Below, piece by piece: positions 1-9,245 of a stretch of DNA of 40,613 nucleotides (within the stretch, counting starts at the first letter, position 1; every line of letters starts with the position of its first letter). Source of the DNA: a virus (taxonomy: Duplodnaviria; Caudoviricetes). The translations under genes and the position numbers were made by a program. The notes under the pieces were generated by a model. It saw nothing but the letters and a program-made list of their open reading frames with translations, searched no databases and was not told where the DNA came from. Location of the stretch: positions 1 through 40,613 of the IMG/VR virus record IMGVR_UViG_3300011427_000005; one strand, written 5' to 3'.

Positions 1-897
1 CGTATCAAGAAAATCCGAGAACAGGCTGAGGATAAGATTACCTCCGCCCGCAATCGCCGCGATGCGCTGGGATTGAGAGATGCACAACAGGATCGGGATA
101 AGGCAATAGCGGAGGAAAGAGCGGGACTACGAAAGGAGATACTCCGTCGCAGGCAGGAAACCGCAGCGCGTTTGCAGGAACTGGACTCGCAATACATACA
201 GGAAAAGGAGCGCCGGCTTGCGGATTATCAGGCGCGAGTAGCAGAGATCAACCAGCAACGCGCGGAACAGATCAAGGAAGCGCAAGCCGCACACGTCGAA
301 GAACTAAAGAAGATCCGCGAACAGGAAGCCGCCAAACTCAAACAGGTTGACGAGGCTTTCCGCGCTGAACAAAAGCACCGGCAGGCAGCGCTCATTGCAC
401 AGATTCGGGATGTGGACTCCGCGCTGTTGGGTGAGTCTAATTTGCGCCGGCAGTATCACGCGGCGATGCTCAATGACTTGAATGATTTTCTTGCGGCATA
501 TCAAACCGGCTTGGCATCATTGAGTGCGTCCAGCCTGGGGACTGCCTCGGGCGGGGTCGCAGGCGGCGGGACTGCTGTTGTCAATACCAATTTTAGCGGA
601 TCGGGTTTATATGGCACGAATGACAAAGGCGGGTACACACCCAAAGGAATCTATCGGATGGCGTGGGATGGAAATACCGAATTTACATTGAGCGGCCCTA
701 GCACGAAAGCGATGGAAAAGATCGTGGGGAGTCAATTGACGCAATCCAACATTATGCAGGCGGCGAAAGGCGGAGGCGGTAATGTGACTCTAAACTACAA
801 CGCTCGTTTTGATGGTGAGGTGACGGCAGCCATGCGGCGGGCGGTTGCCGGCGATATTGATAAAGCTATTAGTAAATTTGTACAAGGTTCACTATGA
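1..897 (+). CDS. Tape measure protein, C-terminal part (5' truncated by window edge)
   Basis: Frame open from base 1 (RIKKIREQAEDK...); long E/Q/R/A-rich coiled coil then Gly-rich C-terminus; directly precedes tail tip genes. Confidence 0.75.
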   Translation, partial: RIKKIREQAEDKITSARNRRDALGLRDAQQDRDKAIAEERAGLRKEILRRRQETAARLQELDSQYIQEKERRLADYQARVAEINQQRAEQIKEAQAAHVEELKKIREQEAAKLKQVDEAFRAEQKHRQAALIAQIRDVDSALLGESNLRRQYHAAMLNDLNDFLAAYQTGLASLSASSLGTASGGVAGGGTAVVNTNFSGSGLYGTNDKGGYTPKGIYRMAWDGNTEFTLSGPSTKAMEKIVGSQLTQSNIMQAAKGGGGNVTLNYNARFDGEVTAAMRRAVAGDIDKAISKFVQGSL

Positions 898-1310
898 CAC
901 ATGCCAACACTTTTATGATTGGCGATACGCTCACCGGGATGCAAACCCTGGATGAATTAGGGTTGCCGGATGCTGATGCAAGCTATCGACCTTTTGCAGC
1001 CGTGGATATTTTGGGCGATGGTTCGGGAGAAGGCAATGGTGCGCCAGTTGTTAGCTGGCATTGGGCGGCGCTGGGACCGGGCATGGCTGATATATTGGCT
1101 AGTTTTTTGGACGGGGATATATCGGGCTACGTGTTTATTCGTACTCGTTTGAATCGATTGAATGTAACGAACGACGATTATCAATGGATGACATTCGAGG
1201 GCTGGCTACATTGGGCAGAGGGCGATGAGTCTGTACCTGCGTTGCATAGCCTAGATTTGACTTTGACCTTTACGGGTCTTATCGCTCATGCGGAATACCC
1301 GGTGTCATAA
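894..1310 (+). CDS. Putative distal tail protein
   Basis: 138 aa, ATGA overlap with the tape measure stop; position immediately after TMP. Confidence 0.5.
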   Translation: MTHANTFMIGDTLTGMQTLDELGLPDADASYRPFAAVDILGDGSGEGNGAPVVSWHWAALGPGMADILASFLDGDISGYVFIRTRLNRLNVTNDDYQWMTFEGWLHWAEGDESVPALHSLDLTLTFTGLIAHAEYPVS

Positions 1311-1317
1311 GGATAAA

Positions 1318-1431
1318 ATGGAAAACCTTAACCTAAAAAACATACTTATTATTTTAGGAGCTTTATTTCCCGCATTATGGCTTCTTGCCATTCATATCAT
1401 TTTAGAAATGAACGATAAAAATAAAAAATGA
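1318..1431 (+). CDS. Small single-TM peptide (37 aa), AT-rich
   Basis: MENLNLKNILIILGALFPALWLLAIHIILEMNDKNKK*; AAGGA RBS; ATGA overlap with next gene; not in ORF track. Confidence 0.55.
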   Translation: MENLNLKNILIILGALFPALWLLAIHIILEMNDKNKK

Positions 1432-4358
1432 CTCTTGGAATCGCTCGCGCCGCCACATCTCCCGAATTGGCTCTATACCGCGCACCCGGTAAAAAGAGCC
1501 GGTACTTCGCCGCCATCAAGCCTCCGCGCGTAATTTATCAAGCCCGCGTGAATCAAGTCCTCACGTCCTGGGATGGAATCATGGGGATTGTCTTTGACGG
1601 CGGAATAGGTACGCTCGCCAATGTCAAAGCCGATATGATTATGTTCGTAAGCACAACCGCCGGCGCGCGCGGCGATGTAGGCTTTGTGCGGGTTAGATCA
1701 ACGGACGCGACTCATATCTATTTCGATCAATATTCCGGTATAAAAATACTTGATAATCAATACCTTCACATCGTGGACGATGTACGGCTCCTGCAAAGGC
1801 ACATTGCCATTGTTTCGGATATAGTCTACATGGACGGAGTCAATGCCTATACCGACCAACACGCGCTCCCTGACCCTACGCCGATTATGGGGCCTCATAG
1901 AGTCGTAAAGATGACTGGCGCAAGCGTGGCAGTGACATTTGACTTCTCACAATCCTATGTGATAGACGGCTCGGCTATCAGCACAAAAGTTACCACCGCG
2001 CCGACTTCCGCATCCATCACAAGCGGCACAACCTACTCCCCTGTTGTAACATTCGACGCGGTTGGATGGCACGCAGTTTATCTGACACTGACTGGCGCGA
2101 ATGGTAAAGTGTTTTTCGGCGTGCGCTGGGTGTTTGTCTACAATGACGACAACCTGCCCCCACGCGTGAAAGTATCTTCCATCAGCGGCGATGTAAATTC
2201 AGGCGGATGGCAATTCGAGATCGAACTATATCGCAACGCGGATTTGTCAGACATTTATGAGGGTGCGCTGGTTATCCTATTCAGCGAAGATTATTACGGC
2301 AACACTCAATCTGATATTTGCGTTGTGCCTGGGTCGGAGAAAATAGAGGCAATAGGCTGGATTGGCTCGCCGGAGTCCATGCAGATCAATCCCGAACGCG
2401 GTGCGGTGCATTTCACTGTCTACGGCCCTCAATGGTGGTTATCGAAAATCGCATCCTACCCAGACGGGGTGCGCTTCAAGATTTCCACGCCCTCTGATTG
2501 GACGGAGTTCAAGAGTCTCACGATTGATAAGGGCGTCTGGCACTTCCTGCATTGGCGCACAACCATGACCCGCATCCTGGATTTCTTTCCCTCGGGCGAT
2601 GCGCGATATTCGCCGGAGGTGTCCAGCCTGGCTGAAAATCTGTGGGCGCAATTACAAGAGATGACTGCCCTGCAAATATTGGCGCGTCCTGGGTTCAATG
2701 CGCTGGGGCAGTTGTTCATTCAGGTGCACCCGAATCTTATCCCTACTGCATCCCGAACCTTTCCAACCGTGATGGACATTGAAAAGTCAGACTGGATAGA
2801 CGCGCTGGATTTTGACCGCGTAACGATGAATGAGATTGCACAGATCAATATGTCCGGGATTGCGATTGACGGCGGGAATAATGCGTTGTCTTATTTCTCA
2901 CTGGCTCCCGGTCACACCTATGACCATTACGGCACGCCGGATGTATTGGATAAACTGTTGCTATCAGGGCAGGAGCAGGTCACGACTCTGGCAGGCTTGT
3001 ACTTCTCCTGGCGCAACAGTCAATTTCCATCCATCCCGATAACGCTCAAAGCAAACATTCGTTTGATAGATATATTTCCAAACCAAAAATGCACAACCAC
3101 GATTGATGCGGCGGATAATGTGCGGGGTATCGCCTATTCAGGCGGGCTGATACCGGTATCCATCACGGTAAACTTTGACGACGAAACCGGACGGGCGACG
3201 CGCGAGGTTGAATTTGAAGCGCAAACATCCGAGAGTCTATCGGTACGGGAGGAGGTACCCGGCTCGGGTGACTTATCCGTACTCCCTGACCTATCCTATC
3301 CCCCACTGCCTCCGTTTACGCCCTCCCTGCCTGGCACGGGAGGCGTGACTCCGCTTGACCCCAAGAGCGTGCTTGTACATGATACAACCGCTGGACTCCT
3401 GCGCTGCGATAACTTCAATGCCGCGCCGAACGAGCAGGAATGGTATCCCGTGAACGGAGGATTGACGGCTACGCAATACCAGAAGATCAATAAAATTGTG
3501 GTCTGTCCGAGTGGTGCGTTGTACGTGGGCTACCTGACACATGGCGGTGCGGGTGCGGTTGATTCCTTCATCGCGCGGGCTGCATACGCGGGCGCTGCGT
3601 TTACCATCCTGGACGATTACACAACCATCTCCGCCAAATATTCTGGTTCAACCGATAACATCGGCGTGATGGCGGCTGCCTATAATCCCCTGCTGGCTGA
3701 GTCTGTCTATTACGTCCTCACACAAGGCGGCACGAACCTGAAGACTTACATCGGCTCGGGTGTCACCTTTCCCGCAGGAACAACGATTACATTGAGCAGT
3801 AACAATGGATTGGGATTATCCTACGGTATGGGCTATTGGATGCTGACAGGCGACGGCGATAGACTCCTCATTACATCCAACGGCGTGACCATCTTTGACA
3901 CAGATACGGCGGTGCTGCCGTACAACATTAACGAGCACGTACGAGTCGGTACAAGCGGCATTACCTATCATTGGACTCCCTCCGATAATCTATATCGTGC
4001 AGTGGACAACATGGCAACCGTAAGCGGAATATTACAGACTGTATTTCGCGGCGTCATTGCGATGGATTATACGGGCGCTCTTTTGCTGTCTTTTGTCGTG
4101 GGAGGCGATGCCACAAAATCCAGTGACAGCGGCGGGTCTTTTTCCAACATCGGGACTCTGCCCGTCGGTCAGATTTGGGGCGCGGATTACGTGGGTGGTT
4201 CGGCTGGCGGATCGTGCTGGATCGTGGTGTCCAGTGGCGGATATATCTATTACACGGATGATTTTTTTGCCGGCAGCCCTATAGACAAAAGGGGAAACAT
4301 CACTGACGTTACACCGACTCCGCATTTGGATTTGGTCAAGGTGCTGATAAGGTCATGA
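1428..4358 (+). CDS. Tail tip/baseplate hub protein with C-terminal beta-propeller-like receptor-binding region
   Basis: 976 aa in tail module; Pro-rich linker (PPLPPFTPSLP), then Gly/aromatic beta-rich region with Asp-box-like SSDSGGSF. Confidence 0.6.
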   Translation: MTLGIARAATSPELALYRAPGKKSRYFAAIKPPRVIYQARVNQVLTSWDGIMGIVFDGGIGTLANVKADMIMFVSTTAGARGDVGFVRVRSTDATHIYFDQYSGIKILDNQYLHIVDDVRLLQRHIAIVSDIVYMDGVNAYTDQHALPDPTPIMGPHRVVKMTGASVAVTFDFSQSYVIDGSAISTKVTTAPTSASITSGTTYSPVVTFDAVGWHAVYLTLTGANGKVFFGVRWVFVYNDDNLPPRVKVSSISGDVNSGGWQFEIELYRNADLSDIYEGALVILFSEDYYGNTQSDICVVPGSEKIEAIGWIGSPESMQINPERGAVHFTVYGPQWWLSKIASYPDGVRFKISTPSDWTEFKSLTIDKGVWHFLHWRTTMTRILDFFPSGDARYSPEVSSLAENLWAQLQEMTALQILARPGFNALGQLFIQVHPNLIPTASRTFPTVMDIEKSDWIDALDFDRVTMNEIAQINMSGIAIDGGNNALSYFSLAPGHTYDHYGTPDVLDKLLLSGQEQVTTLAGLYFSWRNSQFPSIPITLKANIRLIDIFPNQKCTTTIDAADNVRGIAYSGGLIPVSITVNFDDETGRATREVEFEAQTSESLSVREEVPGSGDLSVLPDLSYPPLPPFTPSLPGTGGVTPLDPKSVLVHDTTAGLLRCDNFNAAPNEQEWYPVNGGLTATQYQKINKIVVCPSGALYVGYLTHGGAGAVDSFIARAAYAGAAFTILDDYTTISAKYSGSTDNIGVMAAAYNPLLAESVYYVLTQGGTNLKTYIGSGVTFPAGTTITLSSNNGLGLSYGMGYWMLTGDGDRLLITSNGVTIFDTDTAVLPYNINEHVRVGTSGITYHWTPSDNLYRAVDNMATVSGILQTVFRGVIAMDYTGALLLSFVVGGDATKSSDSGGSFSNIGTLPVGQIWGADYVGGSAGGSCWIVVSSGGYIYYTDDFFAGSPIDKRGNITDVTPTPHLDLVKVLIRS

Positions 4359-5293
4359 CACGTAAACGCGATAAACAAACTCTTATAAAGATCGTCGAGA
4401 AGCACGGCGGTGAATGGCTTGAAAAAATTCCGGTTATTTCAGGAAATAGAGCAGGTGTTGTCAATGCTGATAACGGACGTATCTGGGTTAGGTTCTCGAA
4501 TGGCACGGAGGCGCGAGTTTTGAATGGGCTTGCGCCGCTGGCGTTTGACCGGCATATCCTGGTTGGTCGCCTACGCTCTCAACCAAATATATGGCGGGTT
4601 GTGGAGATACGCGAAAGCTACATTGAGTCCGCCTCTAACACGGTACAGGCGCATCATGAGCAGCACGAGTTCAAAGATGCGACGCCCGCCTTTGATATTG
4701 TGTGGAGTAACCGCAAACAAATATTATCAGCGACAATATTTGTATCTGACTCAACGCTATTCAAGGTCCGCGTATACGGCGGTTTGTTCCCCATTCCTGG
4801 CGGATGGGCATTGGCACAAGGCACCGATGGCTCGGTCACCTATCCCGATATTGATTTGAGTTCCTATCTCCCCGCAACCGGTGCGAAGTACGTATCCATC
4901 GAAGCGGACTCCTCGGGCGCATTGGTAATCAACGAGGGCGCCACTGTGGAGTCTATGGAATTATTCACGTTTGCGGATGTGCCTGTCTGCCCGGCGCGTA
5001 ATCGCTTGATCGGGTTCATCTTGCTACATGAGAGTATGCCGGCATTACTCAATGAGCATATTTATTTACCGGGTCTATTCCAGACCGATTACGCGGTGGT
5101 GGAAACTGGATACCAGGTAGACAATGCGGCGGCGGATACTCCATTGGACGCGGACAAGTTTGGCTTTTGGGATGTGGTGGATGCGACGCTGAAAAGCGTT
5201 ACATGGGCGAACATCAAAACGACTGCCCTTCCCCTTGCCGTTGTTTCTGACGGTGACGTGATTACATCAAATGGAGAGATAATATGGAGTTAA
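4355..5293 (+). CDS. Minor tail / fibre-like protein
   Basis: 312 aa, overlaps previous stop; C-terminal TPLDADKFGFWD...LKSVTWANIK resembles motifs of phage fibre proteins. Confidence 0.5.
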   Translation: MTRKRDKQTLIKIVEKHGGEWLEKIPVISGNRAGVVNADNGRIWVRFSNGTEARVLNGLAPLAFDRHILVGRLRSQPNIWRVVEIRESYIESASNTVQAHHEQHEFKDATPAFDIVWSNRKQILSATIFVSDSTLFKVRVYGGLFPIPGGWALAQGTDGSVTYPDIDLSSYLPATGAKYVSIEADSSGALVINEGATVESMELFTFADVPVCPARNRLIGFILLHESMPALLNEHIYLPGLFQTDYAVVETGYQVDNAAADTPLDADKFGFWDVVDATLKSVTWANIKTTALPLAVVSDGDVITSNGEIIWS

Positions 5294-5661
5294 ATACAAG
5301 AGCAATTACGTTATTAAGTGCGACTAGCGTAGCTTTCAACGCCAATGCGGATACCACGATTTATACCGTCCCGGTTGGAAAAAGATGCGTGCTGGAATGT
5401 GCCATTGTTGTGGCTGGGGTGGATGCAGGAGCAACCACTACTCTTGCCATAGGCGCGGATGGAACTGAAACAGATTTCATCCCCGCTAACACACTGAGCA
5501 ATCTGGACGCACAGTATGATGCAGTAATCCTACGACCCATCCCGAATACAACGCCGCTCAAAAGCCGTTCCTATGCAGCAGGAACGGTAATACAGGCACA
5601 GGTCGGTTCGCAATCGGGCGGAGCGACCAACACGATTTATTTATTTGGTTTCCTGTATTGA
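5284..5661 (+). CDS. Small beta-rich virion protein (hypothetical)
   Basis: 125 aa, GGAGA RBS, coupled to neighbours. Confidence 0.5.
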   Translation: MELNTRAITLLSATSVAFNANADTTIYTVPVGKRCVLECAIVVAGVDAGATTTLAIGADGTETDFIPANTLSNLDAQYDAVILRPIPNTTPLKSRSYAAGTVIQAQVGSQSGGATNTIYLFGFLY

Positions 5662-6266
5662 CCATGACAACGGAAAATGAATTGAACGAATATTATCCTG
5701 ACCACATCTTGAAGATCCCGAACGCCACGCCGTCGCAGACCGATGCGGCTCAATATCTCTACCGTATTGTCAAAGCCGGCAAGGTCATCAATTACAATTT
5801 ATGTGGTCACTTTTGTGTCGCATTTTGTATGCAAGATGACGCGCATACCGATAACATAGATGACTTTTTGGACTATTGGGAAGCGCAGCCCGTCACCCGC
5901 TATCAGCAGGCGCTTGTAAAAAATGGACTCTGGCGCAAGACCGGCATCCCTGATTTAAAATATATGTTAGATTGTTACGACGCTGAGTATATCCCGCTCA
6001 TTCCCCCGCTGACTGCGATGGATTGCCTTGTCATGCTGGATAAGTTCCAACTCATATTGGGCGTCAATATTGACTGGACTGGATACCTAGTGGGACGCGG
6101 GATACTCCATTGGATCGTGCTGGATAGGATAATGGTAGTGGACAACAATCATGCAATTGGTGATATATTTAATCCATTCGACAATGCCATTACCCCCTAC
6201 TCCTGGCGCGAGTTGATGACAAGCACAGGCGCGTACAAACAAGGTCTGTGGATTGAAAGAGTGTAA
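5658..6266 (+). CDS. Papain-like (C39-like) cysteine peptidase, candidate endolysin
   Basis: NLCGHFCVA (catalytic Cys), HWIVL (His), IFNPF (Asn) in C39-like order; lies upstream of holin-like genes. Confidence 0.6.
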   Translation: MTMTTENELNEYYPDHILKIPNATPSQTDAAQYLYRIVKAGKVINYNLCGHFCVAFCMQDDAHTDNIDDFLDYWEAQPVTRYQQALVKNGLWRKTGIPDLKYMLDCYDAEYIPLIPPLTAMDCLVMLDKFQLILGVNIDWTGYLVGRGILHWIVLDRIMVVDNNHAIGDIFNPFDNAITPYSWRELMTSTGAYKQGLWIERV

Positions 6267-6617
6267 ATGAGTAATAACAACCGCAAGACTGTCCCGCCCG
6301 TTAAAAAAGAGCCTGCAAAGGATTTTTTTGACGACACTGATATTGATGAAATATTGAGGGAGCGCGAAAAACTTCTGGACGGCGAAGCGCAAAAGCGAGT
6401 CTGGTATGTGCGCTACACAACGAACACACGGGAGCCGATTTTTATCACTGTGCTTCAGCGGTATACACTTGACGGGCGTTTTGCTATGCCGACCATCACC
6501 GTATCGGGAACAGTCCCCGCACATTTGGAATCATTTCAATTTGCCCTGGACTTTTCCGAGAATTATATGCACGCCGGGCTAGAGGCGCGTGAGTGGGCAA
6601 AGAGAGTGAAGGAATAA
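6267..6617 (+). CDS. Hypothetical protein
   Basis: 116 aa ORF abutting both neighbours. Confidence 0.55.
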   Translation: MSNNNRKTVPPVKKEPAKDFFDDTDIDEILREREKLLDGEAQKRVWYVRYTTNTREPIFITVLQRYTLDGRFAMPTITVSGTVPAHLESFQFALDFSENYMHAGLEAREWAKRVKE

Positions 6618-6953
6618 ATGGATGCTGTCTGGACGGAACTTATTAAAGCGTTGCCGTGGGGGTTCGTGATCCTTGTCCTGCAATACCTGAGCCTGAAAGA
6701 TAAAAAAGAGGAGCGAATAGAACGTGCTTTGAACGCTGCTGAAAAGGCAAAAGACGAAAAACTCTATGACATGGAAAAGAACCGTCTCTGGATGGAGATG
6801 ATAAAAAACAGCATGGACGCAAGCAAGAACATCGTCACCGCCATCGAAGTCATGCAGAAGGATTTGGCAGAAAAATACGCGAGCATGGGCATCACAAAAG
6901 ATTTACTGGACGCGGCACGCCGGGAACTGAGGGAGAAAAGGAAGGAATCATAA
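6618..6953 (+). CDS. N-terminal TM + coiled-coil protein, holin-like
   Basis: LPWGFVILVLQYL hydrophobic segment followed by a charged helix; lysis region. Confidence 0.5.
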   Translation: MDAVWTELIKALPWGFVILVLQYLSLKDKKEERIERALNAAEKAKDEKLYDMEKNRLWMEMIKNSMDASKNIVTAIEVMQKDLAEKYASMGITKDLLDAARRELREKRKES

Positions 6954-7141
6954 TGCCGGCAATTATAGAAGATATTCAGGAGCGCGACAAATATACACTA
7001 AGGCTCACGTACCTCGCAGACGGTCGTATCGGTAGCATAACGATTTGGACAAAAGGCATGGATGGCAAAGAGCTTGGTGAGTTGGTAGCGGAGTTAAAAA
7101 GTGAATACTCTCCGCTGAAATTTGTGATAATAGACGATTGA
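6953..7141 (+). CDS. Hypothetical protein
   Basis: 62 aa, TAATG coupling with AAGGA RBS. Confidence 0.5.
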   Translation: MPAIIEDIQERDKYTLRLTYLADGRIGSITIWTKGMDGKELGELVAELKSEYSPLKFVIIDD

Positions 7142-7154
7142 AAGGAGAATAAAA

Positions 7155-7478
7155 ATGCTCGCACAATTAGTAGCATTACCGATTGAGACTCAATTAGGGA
7201 TCCTGGGATTATGTGCCCTGGTCGTTACGATCGTGTTTAATTTCATTGGCACAAAAGCACCCTGGTCAATTCCATTTCTGGAAAAGTGGAAGGAAGAAAT
7301 TTCTGCCGCCCTGTCCGGGCTGGTCACTGGCTGGCTATCGGTGAACCTACCCGGCGGAGCCTTTGAGTCCGCATCCATCGCAGGCGTGAATTTTGTGGTT
7401 GCGCTTTTGGTAGCACTTCTCGCCTATGGCACGATCCATTTATTCCGCGTTGTCAAGATCAAGGGATTCGCTGGCTGA
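7155..7478 (+). CDS. Putative holin (3 TM segments)
   Basis: AGGAG RBS; three hydrophobic stretches; basic C-terminus; last gene of the late operon. Confidence 0.6.
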   Translation: MLAQLVALPIETQLGILGLCALVVTIVFNFIGTKAPWSIPFLEKWKEEISAALSGLVTGWLSVNLPGGAFESASIAGVNFVVALLVALLAYGTIHLFRVVKIKGFAG

Positions 7479-7518
7479 CTGCCTGTCCGCTGTGATGGCG
7501 GAGGTCTGGCTTAGAGTC

Positions 7519-7596
7519 CCCTAACGGTTTGCGGGTTGATCTACATCGGACTTAGCGGCAACCGTAGCCGCCAATCCGCTGGACGCTGTGTTAGGT
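7519..7596 (-). repeat. attC-like site closing cassette 11 (degenerate: L' box missing)
   Basis: Minus strand ACCTAAC ACAGCG TCCAGCGG ... CCCGCAAACC GTTAGGG; R'' and R' present, CCGCTAA arm absent. Confidence 0.65.
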
Positions 7597-7739
7597 GCGC
7601 TCTTGCGGATACTAAATCGAGCGTGACAAAAACGACACGCCGCTTTGCTGTATTCTTTCCATCCGCGTGCGTGTGCGTGGTCGGGGTGATGCAAACCCCT
7701 GCGACCACATTTCGGACATTTTACATTTTTGAAATTCAT
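7521..7739 (-). CDS. Cassette 11 gene, zinc-ribbon protein
   Basis: CPKC...CRFC; stop TAG lies in R' GTTAG. Confidence 0.7.
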   Translation of the reverse strand: MNFKNVKCPKCGRRGLHHPDHAHARGWKEYSKAACRFCHARFSIRKSAPNTASSGLAATVAAKSDVDQPANR

Positions 7740-7813
7740 TTAGCACCTATTTCTCCGCAATACATGGACAACGCAAGCTCAACATGTCCATTTTGAATTC
7801 CTTCTCTGGCAAT

Positions 7814-7927
7814 GCGTTACTGGCGGGCGTGCCCACAATTGGGACACTCAGAGAAAGACCCGCCGATTTGACGATTATCACAATTTGCACAGTCCCAAAG
7901 CCCGTCCAGTGCACGCTGGGGTTGGGC
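7814..7927 (-). repeat. attC-like site closing cassette 10 (degenerate: R' lost)
   Basis: GCCCAAC CCCAGCG TGCACTGG ACGGGC ... GCCCG CCAGTAA CGC, with no GTT core after it. Confidence 0.7.
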
Positions 7928-8080
7928 AGACTTTGCGACCGCGACGATATTTTGAAATGCTTTTTGAACATCATAAACGGTTAAACCAGACCAAGTCTCA
8001 GCCAATTGCTCGATTACCCTCAGGGCATTATCTTGGCGGGCGATTTCTGCCATTGCGTCTTGTAAACTTCTTATTGGCAT
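7817..8080 (-). CDS. Cassette 10 gene; C-terminal CxxC...CxxC encoded inside the attC
   Basis: GGAGAGG RBS; 87 aa; stop TAA is the L' TAA. Confidence 0.7.
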   Translation of the reverse strand: MPIRSLQDAMAEIARQDNALRVIEQLAETWSGLTVYDVQKAFQNIVAVAKSAQPQRALDGLWDCANCDNRQIGGSFSECPNCGHARQ

Positions 8081-8102
8081 TGTTTCCTCTCCTTCGGGGT
8101 CT

Positions 8103-8229
8103 GCCCAACTCTTGCGTTACCCGCTTGTGGGCGGGGTGGATAAATGCCCAGCGGGTGTATCCGCTTCGGGCGTGGATAATGATGGGAGCGGCGCAGAATC
8201 CCACAAGTCGGCTTCACGCTGTGTTGGGC
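8103..8229 (-). repeat. attC site closing cassette 9 (127 bp)
   Basis: GCCCAAC ACAGCG TGAAGCCG ACTTGTGGG ... CCCACAAG CGGGTAA CGCAAGA GTTGGGC. Confidence 0.9.
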
Positions 8230-8407
8230 GGCTGTTACACCTTAGACACCCAACGGCGTCGGAATCTTCATATTCCCATTGCTGACCTTTGCGAGCCATC
8301 AATTTACTTACAACCATACCGCACAAAGTTTTACTGCCGTCTTGCGTAAGCGCATGAGACACAAACTTTTCAGTACCAGCGTAAGCCCAATTTCCGATTA
8401 TTTCCAT
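8117..8407 (-). CDS. Cassette 9 gene, hypothetical (H...TLCG...CLRC metal-binding motif)
   Basis: Start MEIIGNW just after cassette start; stop is the L' TAA. Confidence 0.65.
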   Translation of the reverse strand: MEIIGNWAYAGTEKFVSHALTQDGSKTLCGMVVSKLMARKGQQWEYEDSDAVGCLRCNSRPTQREADLWDSAPLPSLSTPEADTPAGHLSTPPTSG

Positions 8408-8415
8408 AATGAGCC

Positions 8416-8470
8416 GCCTAACGGGGCGCGCGATAAGCTGCACGAATGCTCGTGACAGCCGATTTCGGAC
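8416..8470 (-). repeat. attC-like half site closing cassette 8 (R''/L'' arm degenerate)
   Basis: Minus GCTGTCACGA GCAT TCGTGCAGC TTA TCGCGCGCCCC GTTAGGC; no AAC-containing R''. Confidence 0.6.
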
Positions 8471-8795
8471 GCCCGCCATGTTTGCCATTGGCGGCTGATG
8501 ATTTAGATTTCTTTTTCGATTTCATAGAGCCGAGCAAAGCGCCTGCATCAGATGACGATATTTTTGATTTATCCTGATTTGCAATAACCCATTCTAAAAT
8601 TTCATGTACTGATGATTTGATTACCCATTGCAAATGCTCATCACCTTCATTCCAGTCAGCCAAAATAAAATCAGAATGACGCGCCAGTGATGGGCGGTTC
8701 ATAACTCTGTTTTTTGCTTTGTCAAAAAGGTTCATTGCTAATCTGGGGTTTTTTCTGTCATTTGCTTTCTGTGCTGTGTAGTTGATTTCGTCCAT
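8418..8795 (-). CDS. Cassette 8 gene, basic C-terminal SxxNGxxGGRP motif, putative DNA-binding autoregulator
   Basis: AAGGAG RBS, start MDEINY; ALLGSMKSKKKSKSSAANGKHGGRPK. Confidence 0.65.
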   Translation of the reverse strand: MDEINYTAQKANDRKNPRLAMNLFDKAKNRVMNRPSLARHSDFILADWNEGDEHLQWVIKSSVHEILEWVIANQDKSKISSSDAGALLGSMKSKKKSKSSAANGKHGGRPKSAVTSIRAAYRAPR

Positions 8796-8825
8796 CGTTT
8801 CATCTCCTTGTTTATTGATACCCGT

Positions 8826-8854
8826 ATTATATAACCTATCGTTAGGTTTGTCAA
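8826..8854 (-). promoter_or_regulatory. Sigma70 promoter of cassette 8 with palindromic operator
   Basis: TTGACA-17-TATAAT perfect consensus; spacer contains AACCTA-ACGA-TAGGTT. Confidence 0.85.
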
Positions 8855-8913
8855 GGGTAAACAGGGAACTCGTTTTCTCGGTTTTTGCACGAAACCATGA
8901 ACGCGGAGCAAAC

Positions 8914-9038
8914 AGCCAACGGTTTGCGTTAGGCGCTCGGCGGGTTACGCCGGACACTTACGCCAAAAAGTTGCTCAATAAGCCCCGAACCTTCGCTTTC
9001 GGAGGCGATAGCCGAGTCGCCTGCACGCGATGTTAGGC
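8914..9038 (-). repeat. attC site closing cassette 7 (125 bp)
   Basis: GCCTAAC ATCGCG TGCAGGCG ACTCGGC ... GCCGAG CGCCTAA CGCAAACC GTTGGCT. Confidence 0.9.
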
Positions 9039-9222
9039 GGCTCTCTGGCTGGTGGAGGAAAATTTGAGTAGCACAGCACTTCGGGCAAACAGTTCCTGCT
9101 TCCCATTCCCACCACCAGCATAATTTCCCTGGGTGGTCGTTGCATATTTTCACGTTTCCCGTGAGCGTTCCGAAAATTGGTTCACCGCAAGGGCACGGGG
9201 ACACGCCGAGATTTTTAGCCAT
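8929..9222 (-). CDS. Cassette 7 gene, Cys-rich hypothetical
   Basis: AAAGGA RBS, MAKNLG; CPCG...CPKC; stop is the L' TAA. Confidence 0.7.
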   Translation of the reverse strand: MAKNLGVSPCPCGEPIFGTLTGNVKICNDHPGKLCWWWEWEAGTVCPKCCATQIFLHQPESRLTSRAGDSAIASESEGSGLIEQLFGVSVRRNPPSA

Positions 9223-9245
9223 GTGATTTCCTTTCGGGCGCATCC

